From positions 960,001-1,024,000 of the forward strand of contig OZ245020.1 in NCBI GenBank assembly GCA_965223865.1: 64,000 nucleotides of DNA. Reading direction: 5' to 3'. The stretch comes from Nitrosarchaeum sp. (GTDB lineage: Archaea > Thermoproteota > Nitrososphaeria > Nitrososphaerales > Nitrosopumilaceae). Numbering within the stretch: the first letter of the stretch is position 1; each line of letters opens with the position of its first letter. Position numbers and translations under genes: made by a program. Positions 40,320 through 49,654 of this stretch are shown one piece after another. The notes under the pieces are model-generated. The model worked only from the letters and a program-made list of their open reading frames with translations. It was not told the DNA's origin and searched no databases.

Positions 40320-43207
40320 GTGGCTAAATTTGTTCAGGCTGCATTATTTGTAATAGTAATTTTAGCAACTGGTTCAATTATCGGTTCATTTCCATTTGTT
40401 TCTCCAGCACAAGCAGTTAATGCCAATCTATTTGTCTCTGCAGAAAATTCATCATTTAACAATCGTGTATCAGGCCCACAAATAATCGAGGTTGTGGTTC
40501 GTGATCAAAACATCAGTGATACTGGAAAAGGACTAGGAGAACCTGATGTGACAGTAAATGGTAAAGACTTTAGGATGATTCAGGCAACTGATGGAAATTG
40601 GTATGGCTATTTTGCAGACAGAAAACAAGCTCAGATTGCAGATGGTACTGTAGGGTTACCTGGCAAAGGACTAGACTTTGGGACATTTTGCTCACGTGAT
40701 ACGTCTGTTCTTGGTTTTTCTGTGAGTGACTCTGAAGGTGTTGCAATACCAGTGCACGGTTCAGGCATTGGTGGAGAAAATGGTGCAAAAACTCCCGACC
40801 CAATTTCAGACTCTTGTTCGTTTTCATCTCCTTATACTACTGGAACAATGAATGTAGTAAGACAAGCTAAAACCATCAACCAAGGCAGTGGTTCTATAAA
40901 TCTTGGACAGATTGGTTTGGCATCACAAGATCTTTGGCCTTTCGTCCAATTATATGATTTTTCAAAAGGAGGTAACATTATTGTCCAGTATAACAGAGGA
41001 GGAGGTCCACAACAGACTACCCTGACTTTTGATACTGCTGAAAAGTCTATTAATTTTAATCTGGACAGATCATCCTATCCTAGATCATCTGATGTAAACA
41101 TACGAATTGCTGACTTGAATCTCAACATTGATCCTACTTCTGAGGATTCTTGGTCTTTTGGAACAAATCCGTCAAATCCCTCTACATATTACATGCTCTA
41201 TGAAAGCAGTGGAAAAGCAGATGCTGATGGAACAGATGGCGCAGTAAATCTCATTCCAACTCTTAGTGCAATGATGTTCAAAGAGAATGGAATCTTGAAA
41301 ATCAATCCAAGCACCCAAGGACAATCAAATGTTGTAACCATAAAGGATAATGCAGACTCTCAAACCAATGGTGATGGTGAAAAGACAATCTCTGATGTGG
41401 CATCCAATGGGAGTTCATTGTCTTCTGGCAGCCAACCCATTACACTAACAGAGACAGAGCCCAAAAGTGTCCAGTTACTCCCGAATCAGGATTTACAAAA
41501 TTAGACAAGAACAAATCCGGTGTGTTATCAAGGTTTGATTCAGCTCCCACTGCCAAAGGCAGTAGTTACTGCATCTTGCAAGGTGATGTAATTACAGTAG
41601 AGTATTCAGACCAAACAGATGCATCTGGTTCTAAAAGAACCACAACTGATTCAGCTGCATTTGATCTTCGCATAGGAGCACTTCAGTCTGATCAACAATC
41701 TTACATCATAGGACGTGATGTCTTGATTACCTTGATTGATCCAGATCTGAACTTTGATTCCAAAAAAGCAGAAACCTTATCACTTGATCTATTAGAATGG
41801 GATTCAGATGACGCCAAAGCTTCCATGGGGAACTTGGGTGGACCAATAACAAATAATGGAAAAGTATTTGATCCTCAACCAGTAGGATTACGTGAGACAG
41901 GAGACTCCACTGGAATATTTCAGACCACAATCGAAGTACCATCAGAGATAAACAAAAAACCAGTGGATAGAGGTGAAACAATCAAAATAACATATACTGA
42001 TTGGGGAACTGCAGGTTCTGACTTTGTTGGCAAAGATGATCAAAAGATACAATTGAAATTTACAACATCAAACTTTCAGTCTTTGATTACATTGGATAAG
42101 AAGATGTATTCATGGACAGACAAAGTCTACGTTACAATCACAGCACCAGATCACAACTTTGATGAAAACAAGATTGATGAGATAGGCTCAAAGTCTATAA
42201 ACGAGATCAAGATATCGACTAGGGGTAATAATCTCAAACAATACAAGCTTACAGAGACAGGAACAAGCTCAGGATTTTTTGCAGGTGAGGTAATACTGAC
42301 TGGTTTCAAGCATGATGCAGACGGAAACCCAAGGACTGGAGACATTGATGGAATTGACACAAGACCAAGGACAGAACCCAAGACAGGCGGTGGTCCAACT
42401 AATGGATTTTTAGAATCTAAAAATGATGATGGGCTGACTGTATCATTTCAATTTTCAGACAGAGAAACCGTTACTGGTTCTGCGTTGATCAGATGGAACA
42501 TCGGCAATGTGGAATGGCTTCAAGCAACAACCTCAGCTAATGGCAACGGCATAGTTCGTGTGATTGATCCTGACATGAATCTCAATCCTGAAACCATAAA
42601 CAACTTTTCAATTGATGTGTGGTCTGATTCTGACCTTGGAGGCATTGACTTGGCAGTAACTGAGACGGGTCCTGCAACCGGAATATTTGAGGGACACGTC
42701 ACTTTTTCAAGCAAGGATCAATCTTCAGGCCACAGACTTCGTGTATCTGATGGCGATACAGTAACTGCAAAATATGAAGACAATACATTGCCAAAACCAT
42801 ACACCAGGGCAGATGAGCTCAAAATTTCAGCAAGCACCTTTGTTGGACCTGTTATCCCTCCATTAGAAAGGGTACCTGTCTCAAGCCACAAAGTAATTGA
42901 TTCGTTTGGCAGTAGTATCAACCAAATCAAGGTCAATCAACAGATTCAGATTACAGCCAACATTGCAAACAAAAACATTACAGATCAACCCTTCACATAT
43001 TTGGTTCAGATTCAGGACTCATCAGAGGCAGTGCAATCCTTATCATGGATTACTGGAAAACTGGCTACAGGACAGACTTTTTCACCTGCAGTGTCCTGGA
43101 TTCCTGAAAATTCAGGAAAATACACTGCCACTATATTTGTCTGGCATAGTTTGGAGAATCCAATGGCACTAAGTTCACAACTTGAATTTTCAATTGATGT
43201 AACATAA
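40320..43207 (+). pseudogene. Thaumarchaeal S-layer protein (SlaA-like) paralog, frameshifted and probably internally deleted at ~41465
   Basis: NANLFVSAENS..GPQIIEVVVRD N-terminus; repeated LxETG.xTG.F and DPDxN motifs; C-terminal QQIQITA..QPFxYLVQIQD..SLSWITG; frame switches at CCCAAAAGTGT. Confidence 0.75.
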
Positions 43208-43890
43208 AACATTAATCGCGTGCGTCTGTTCTATTATTCCCATCGGTTAATCTTTTTACAAATGAGTTGACTTTATTCTGATGCAAATCAACTAGTTAAC
43301 TACAAATAATTTTTATTCAAAATTCTTCTGTCTTAATTATCTGATATTGGATATTCATTTCATGATGCAACAAATCATACTGAACAAAAAGAAATGTGAA
43401 TCAGAAAAAGCAGAAAATCAAACGTCATTATCCTGTCTGGCTGGAAGTGATGCCAAAAACGCTCTTCCTGCCAATAACATATGCCAAATCAATGCAATGG
43501 ATTTGATAGGTTTGTCTTGGATATTTGCAAAGGAGGATGATTTTGATATATGTTAGAGACAATAGAAACTTCACTGTATCTATTAGAATACCAAATCAAT
43601 ATTCCCTAATTAACTTCAGACAACGACTCAAAAAAAGAAAGACAGAACCAACGTTTGATGCTGAAATATTGGAAGCCTACAAGTGATTTAACTTAGTGTT
43701 CTAAAAGAAGGTGAGAAAATGAAAATACGATACAAGAAGACAAGATTTGGCATATGGCCAGAATGTTAATTGGTTATTTTTTTCATTTTTCTTTATGTTT
43801 AATTGCTATCAAATATTTGAAACAATTTGCTCTCTCAACATTGAAAATTATATTCTGTCTTTAAATTCATAAATGTAGAAATTAATAAAA

Positions 43891-44718
43891 TTGAAAAACG
43901 GTATTGTGGTAATAATTTTTGCATTAACTATAATTCCGTTATTATCTTACAATGCGTTTGCTGAATCAATTTATGACATTAACATTCCTTCTGGTTCTGC
44001 AGACAAAACTGCTCCATTTCATTGGATAAGTGAAAAAGATGGAGATACCTCAGGATTTATTGAGATTATTGTAAATGATTCAATTCAATGGAAAAATGGA
44101 GATACAGTTACACATACAGTTATTTCTGGAACTCCTCAAAAAGGACCTGATCAGATATTTGATAGCGGAAGACTTGGTCCTGGACAAACATTTGTGCATA
44201 AATTTACAGAGACAGGAAAATTTCCATATTATTGCACCATACATCCTTGGAGAGAAGGTCTTGTAGATGTGGTTAGTGGGTACAGTATTTTGCCAAATGT
44301 AGCTTCTGATATAGGAGATGGCATGAAAACCTTCGATATAGAATACAAGTTTAACAGATTAGTCAATCGTGCAAGTATTGATGAAAGTTCAAAATCAATT
44401 TTATTTGAACTAAAAGGAAGAACCATAAGCGATGAAAATACCCTTACCATGTTACTGCCCTCTACCCTGATCACCGGAATCTCCTCAGTATCCGTGGATG
44501 GTGTTATGACAGAAAATTTCACTCAAGAACTTGAGGAAGATATTACTAAATTTACAATTACTGAAATTTCTCCTACTGCAAAGTCAATTACGATAATAGG
44601 TGCCACCATAATTCCAGAATTTGCAGAAATTGTTTTTGTAATTCTAACAATTTCTATTGCAGGAACAATTATTGCATCTAAAAAGAAATTAGTCTCAAGA
44701 AATATCCAGTTTAACTAA
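43891..44718 (+). CDS. Cupredoxin (plastocyanin-like blue copper) protein with PEF(G)-CTERM
   Basis: WKNGDTVTHTV, FDSG, YYCTIHPW(R)EG (axial Met absent), IPEF+TM+KKK. Confidence 0.85.
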   Translation: MKNGIVVIIFALTIIPLLSYNAFAESIYDINIPSGSADKTAPFHWISEKDGDTSGFIEIIVNDSIQWKNGDTVTHTVISGTPQKGPDQIFDSGRLGPGQTFVHKFTETGKFPYYCTIHPWREGLVDVVSGYSILPNVASDIGDGMKTFDIEYKFNRLVNRASIDESSKSILFELKGRTISDENTLTMLLPSTLITGISSVSVDGVMTENFTQELEEDITKFTITEISPTAKSITIIGATIIPEFAEIVFVILTISIAGTIIASKKKLVSRNIQFN

Positions 44719-45168
44719 TTTATTGAATTGTAAATAAATTAAAATTGAAGGATAGTATTTTTACAAAACACACAATTCTTCTCTTACTAACTGATGTTGA
44801 ATTGGTTCTTTTTTGGAGAGAAATATGATAAGTCTGCAAAATTATTTTCTGAGTACATGAGTCTTCTAATAAGGCTAGCAATATTAATCTCAGTTGCAGT
44901 TTATGAAAGAAGACAACTTTTCAATTCTTCGGTGTCATTTACACATTTTCATTTGTCACTTTATGTTATTATACAAGGATAGTATTGTTCAGAAATGGGT
45001 CTGATGCATTTAGTTGATCTAATATTCGTTTCAGATCAAAAAGTAACTAGTTATAGATATTATCAGCTTTTGTTTTAATTATAAAATAAAATTTATTTGT
45101 CGTATATTTATTGTATCTTCGTTGTTTCTTTCTTTTTAATTTATTGCAAATTTCAACATAGGAGAATG

Positions 45169-46473
45169 TTATAATTTTTCTTTTATTCCTGCATAACGAA
45201 GGAATTTTTTTGGATGCTCTTCTACTAATTTTTTAATTCTTATCCTGTCTGCTTTTGAAATACCTTTTGTGTTTTTCATTATCTCATCGACTAATTCATA
45301 GCTTGTTTGAGCCCCTTTGTATAACCCTAAATGAAATAATACGGGTAGTTTGGATAATTGATCATTTGTTTTTAGGACTACCGCTTCTGGAGACTTTGTA
45401 TTTATTGCTTTTATTTGAAGTGATTTGTCAACTGCAGTTCCAAAAAGATCTGATAATCCAGAGCTGATGCTTTGCTCAAGCTTTGTGTTTTTTTCTTTTT
45501 TTGCAATTGATACTATGCGTTTTATCTTCAGAATGACCTGATTTTCTATTATTCCTTCAAAGTCTAGTGCTGTTAATTCGACTCCAAAACACGTTTGAAA
45601 ATAGTCAATAATGTATGATAAGGCTTCCTTTCTGCATGCTGCCTTTGTTGTTCCAAAAGGGCAGTTATCGCAATTAGTAGTATAGTATCGCGAACCCCTA
45701 TCACCAAAACTGGAAAGAACAATCTTTTCATTTTTTCTTAGTTTTGATATTGTTCTTGAAATCGTAGCCTCATCAATTCTCAGAATGTCCGATATTTCTT
45801 TGGCAGAAAATGATCCTTCATCAATTAATTCAAGAATTTCTTTTTCAATTTCTCCCGGAGATCTTCTAGATGATTCTCCTATTTCGTCTCCAAGATAATG
45901 CCATACTAGTTTGTCATCTAATTCATGATTGATTTTTAATGTTTTTTCATCAAATTCAGCTACAAAACCAGAAGCGATTTCATTTTTTAGTATTTTTCTA
46001 ATGATTTTTGGTATGCTTTTAATTTTAAATTCTTGTAATAATTCAGAAACTTCCTTGACTGTGATTTTGGGTTTTCCTGAACGCCAAAGATAATACAGTG
46101 CCCATCGAACTTTTCTATCATCGCTTCTTTCAATTCTTCTAAGTGTACTGCAAAACTCATCAAGTCTTTCCCATTTCAGATCTGCACATGATGATTCGTC
46201 ATTTTTTATCATTAATGTTTTATCAAGTTTTTTGCAAAAGTCCTCCACCAATTTTTTTTGTTCATATTTTTTTGTAGGAATTGGTCTTTTTGGTTTTACT
46301 AATTTTGTTCTTTTTAGGAATAGTTCAAGTAAAACTCCCTTATCTATGAAATCTTGTTTTCGCAAATCATCAGTCTCAAACTTTAGCGTTTCTAAAAAAT
46401 CAAGATCATTGTTTTGAATTGAAGAAGGTGCAAAGGTTTTAAGTCCAGATAATGACCCTTTTGACAATCCCAT
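45169..46473 (-). CDS. Large winged-helix putative regulator with Cys cluster
   Basis: EILELI..GSFSAKEIS..LRIDEATISRTISKL followed by CDNCPF..AC. Confidence 0.65.
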   Translation of the reverse strand: MGLSKGSLSGLKTFAPSSIQNNDLDFLETLKFETDDLRKQDFIDKGVLLELFLKRTKLVKPKRPIPTKKYEQKKLVEDFCKKLDKTLMIKNDESSCADLKWERLDEFCSTLRRIERSDDRKVRWALYYLWRSGKPKITVKEVSELLQEFKIKSIPKIIRKILKNEIASGFVAEFDEKTLKINHELDDKLVWHYLGDEIGESSRRSPGEIEKEILELIDEGSFSAKEISDILRIDEATISRTISKLRKNEKIVLSSFGDRGSRYYTTNCDNCPFGTTKAACRKEALSYIIDYFQTCFGVELTALDFEGIIENQVILKIKRIVSIAKKEKNTKLEQSISSGLSDLFGTAVDKSLQIKAINTKSPEAVVLKTNDQLSKLPVLFHLGLYKGAQTSYELVDEIMKNTKGISKADRIRIKKLVEEHPKKFLRYAGIKEKL

Positions 46474-46929
46474 TTGTTTTTAGACTTGATCAACCTTTCC
46501 TATAAAGTCATCTAAATGACAGTAGTAAAATAATTTGTTATTGAAACTAAATTGTCAAAATAGGATAATTCTTTCTGGCATTCCTGCGCTTTTGATTTTG
46601 TTGCTTTTGTTCCATCATTGAATTATAATTTGGAAACATGTTAAAAAATACCTTATCAATGTCAACTTGTTCTGTCAATTCTTGTCCTTTTTCTTTTTAT
46701 GATTTATGTAAAGCTGGAAATTTGTTTTGGTAGTGGTATAGTTTTTGTAATCTGCGTACTTCATTCAGTTTTCTGTAATCTCTTAAAATATTATTAAATC
46801 AGGTGTTTCTTGTTTTTAACCTGATTAAGATAAACCATTTGATTAAATCTTGAATATAATCAAGTAATTATTAATTTTTGTCAATACTACAGGAAATATT
46901 TTTAATAATATGTTTTACATGTATTACTA

Positions 46930-47745
46930 TTGAAAAAAATTATCGCTGTTTTTCTTTCTGTATTATTGCTTTCTAGTTTTGGCATTTTTAATTCAGCTTC
47001 TGCAGAAAAAGTACCTGCTTGGGTTAAAAATACTGCAAAGTGGTATGGTGACGGAGTAATAACAGAAGCAGAATTTCTAAATGCTATTCGTTATCTGATA
47101 AATAATGGAATCTTAAACTTGGATGAGAAAATTAGACAAGAACAAGTTGTGATGGTAATACCAACACCTGATATTCCAAATGTAGATATGCTTGAAATAC
47201 CAGTTGCAGATCTGGAGAATAAGGATCAAGTTATTGCATCTGATCTTGACTTGCTTACTTTCAAAATAATACAATTACAGGATCTTGCAGAAAATCCGGT
47301 TGTCAGACAGGCAATAATTGACTCTAATAAAAGATTCAAGGCAATGGAGGACCCTGAAACCTACATTTTAGAACGAGATAGAGAATGGAAAAACACTCCA
47401 AAAGACAAACCATCTCCATTTATGGGATCTCTGATTGAAAACAACATTTCAAAAATCCTAAAACAAAAACAAAAAATCTCAACGGAAGAATTTGGTGATG
47501 TGGTATTCCCTGAAATCATAATAACCAATGAATTTGGGGCAAATGTAGCAATTACTGGTAGAACTGACGATTATAATCAAGGAGATGAAGGTTGGTGGCT
47601 CAGAGCTTTAGATCAGGATGTTCATATCAGGGAAGTGCTATGGGACGAGAGTGCAAAAATATTATCTGCAGATATTGTTCTAAAAATTAAAGACAGTCAT
47701 GGTAGGTTCATCGGAGTTCTTAATGCTGCTACTCCAATCAGATAA
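46930..47745 (+). CDS. Exported protein: thaumarchaeal VPxWVKNTA domain + Cache-like sensor domain
   Basis: Signal peptide; EIIITNEFGANVA..RTDDYNQGDEGWW...D..GRFIGVL. Confidence 0.7.
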   Translation: MKKIIAVFLSVLLLSSFGIFNSASAEKVPAWVKNTAKWYGDGVITEAEFLNAIRYLINNGILNLDEKIRQEQVVMVIPTPDIPNVDMLEIPVADLENKDQVIASDLDLLTFKIIQLQDLAENPVVRQAIIDSNKRFKAMEDPETYILERDREWKNTPKDKPSPFMGSLIENNISKILKQKQKISTEEFGDVVFPEIIITNEFGANVAITGRTDDYNQGDEGWWLRALDQDVHIREVLWDESAKILSADIVLKIKDSHGRFIGVLNAATPIR

Positions 47746-48040
47746 ACTATCACAACTAAGTAAGAATTTTCAAAATATGTGATAATTTTTTACAAAGAAA
47801 AATAGTTTAAGAAAGCATTAAAGAAACACAAAATTTGAATATAGTTACATGCGTGACCATTATCAAAATGGTTAAGTTCAAATCAAAAAATGAAGTTTGA
47901 ATTTGGTATTGTTTGCTTTGTATGTTGCAAGCAAGTCATGATTTTTTAATAATCAGCCTTATAATGTAAATTATGAAGCAACTTTTGCAGGAATTATTTA
48001 AAATTCTGCAGATAATTTTTCAAGAGGAAATTTCACAATA

Positions 48041-49381
48041 ATGAAAAAAGAAATAGTCATACTTGGAGGAGGTTTTGCAGGAACCACTTTGCTAAGACAA
48101 CTTCAGTCAAAATTCAAAAACAATTCTGATGTTAACATTAGTCTTGTAGGAGATGATAATTTCTTTTTGTTTACTCCAATGCTGCCCGAGGTAGCATCAG
48201 GAATGCTGCATGCAGGAGACGTATCCACTCCAATCAGATTGTTTTGCAAACACGCACAGTTTTATCATGCCAAGGCAACATCCGTTGATTTTGAGAAAAA
48301 ACAAGTAAACATAGTTAGGATATTTGATGGAAAGAAAATAATTTTGCAGTATGATTATCTGATTTTTACATTAGGAAGTATCGATAATTTTTTTGGAAAT
48401 GAAAATATGAGAAAATACTCTTTTACAATAAAGACACTAGAAGATTCACTAGCCATACGTAATCACGTTATCAGCATGCTTGAGAGTGCAGACAATGAGT
48501 CAAACATAGAACTACAAGACGAACTGTCAAACTTTGTTGTAATAGGTGGTGGTTTTGCAGGAGTTGAGATAGCTTCTGAAATTAATCACCTAGTGCAAGA
48601 TGCATCAAAAACATATTATCCAAACATAGATCGTGCAAAACTCAAAGTAATTTTGATCTCAGCAAGAGATGGAATATTGCCTGAAGTTGGAGATGAACTT
48701 GGAAAGTTTGCACTTGATTCTCTCAGAAATGACGGCATACAAGTCATTACAAATACAAAGGCATCAGATGCAGGAGAAGATTTCGTAATCTTGGATGATA
48801 ATAACAAAACCAAAATCAATTGCGGCACTTTGATTTGGGCAGGCGGTGTAAGGGTAGACCCCTTGGTAGTATCTCTTGATTGTAAACATCATTCATCGGG
48901 AAGAATAATTGTAGATGAATATCTAAGGATAAAGGATCATGAAGATGTCTATGCACTTGGAGATTGTGCTTATATGATTGACAAAAATAAGGGAATTCCA
49001 TATCCTCCTACTGCACAGATTGCAATAAGAGCAGGCAAAATAACTGCAAAAAACATAATCCATCAAATAACAAAAAGCAACAATACAATTCTTGAACCAT
49101 TTTCTTATCACAACAAAGGAATAATGGCAACAATTGGAAAGAGAAACGCTGTTGCATTGATTGGAGGGAAAAAAATTCATGGTGTTTTGGCATGGATTCT
49201 ATGGAGATTCTTTTATCTCTCAAATCTTCCTACAAATGAGAAAAAAGTCAGAGTTGCACTTGAATGGTTCTTAGATGTGTTCTTCAAACATTCAGACATA
49301 TTAACAGTCGGCATAATAAAGCACAAAGAAGTAACAGAAGAGAATTCTAAACATGATCATCATCCAAGTCAACAGTTATGA
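48041..49381 (+). CDS. Type II NADH dehydrogenase-like FAD oxidoreductase
   Basis: ILGGGFAG, FTPMLPEVASG, VIGGGFAGVE, WAGG, ALGDCA, PPTAQ.A, KG.MA.IG, AW..WR. Confidence 0.88.
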   Translation: MKKEIVILGGGFAGTTLLRQLQSKFKNNSDVNISLVGDDNFFLFTPMLPEVASGMLHAGDVSTPIRLFCKHAQFYHAKATSVDFEKKQVNIVRIFDGKKIILQYDYLIFTLGSIDNFFGNENMRKYSFTIKTLEDSLAIRNHVISMLESADNESNIELQDELSNFVVIGGGFAGVEIASEINHLVQDASKTYYPNIDRAKLKVILISARDGILPEVGDELGKFALDSLRNDGIQVITNTKASDAGEDFVILDDNNKTKINCGTLIWAGGVRVDPLVVSLDCKHHSSGRIIVDEYLRIKDHEDVYALGDCAYMIDKNKGIPYPPTAQIAIRAGKITAKNIIHQITKSNNTILEPFSYHNKGIMATIGKRNAVALIGGKKIHGVLAWILWRFFYLSNLPTNEKKVRVALEWFLDVFFKHSDILTVGIIKHKEVTEENSKHDHHPSQQL

Positions 49382-49452
49382 CTGCCAAAGAGAAACTCTT
49401 GCATGTAAAAAAACTCATCAACTTTTTTGTATGTTGGAAATTATTACTAATC

Positions 49453-49530
49453 ATGAGATGTGTAAATTGTGGAAACCAAGCAAGCTGGCGAGATTCTACT
49501 TGTAACAAATGTGACTTGCAGTCTTTCTGA
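49453..49530 (+). CDS. Zinc-ribbon micro-protein (25 aa)
   Basis: Manual translation MRCVNCGNQASWRDSTCNKCDLQSF*; two CxxC. Confidence 0.45.
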   Translation: MRCVNCGNQASWRDSTCNKCDLQSF

Positions 49531-49612
49531 TGTAATAGTAAGGGAAAAACAGAAGACTAAGTGTCATGTTGTTAATGAGCAGTTGTGAACACAAAAAAAT
49601 CTCAAAACAAAT

Positions 49613-49628
49613 GAGAAATAGTTTAAAT
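49613..49628 (+). promoter_or_regulatory. BRE/TATA promoter of the ligase operon
   Basis: GAGAAATAG-TTTAAAT ending 27 nt before ATG 49655, consistent with a short-leader transcript. Confidence 0.55.
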
Positions 49629-49654
49629 CCCATTGAAACTCACATAAAAATCTC

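Noticed and set aside
43347-43556. 69-aa + strand ORF
   Set aside because: No recognisable motif or start context; cannot support
44794-44982. 62-aa ORF with faint flippase-like 'FGEKY..SA' segment
   Set aside because: Too short and degenerate; at most a gene remnant
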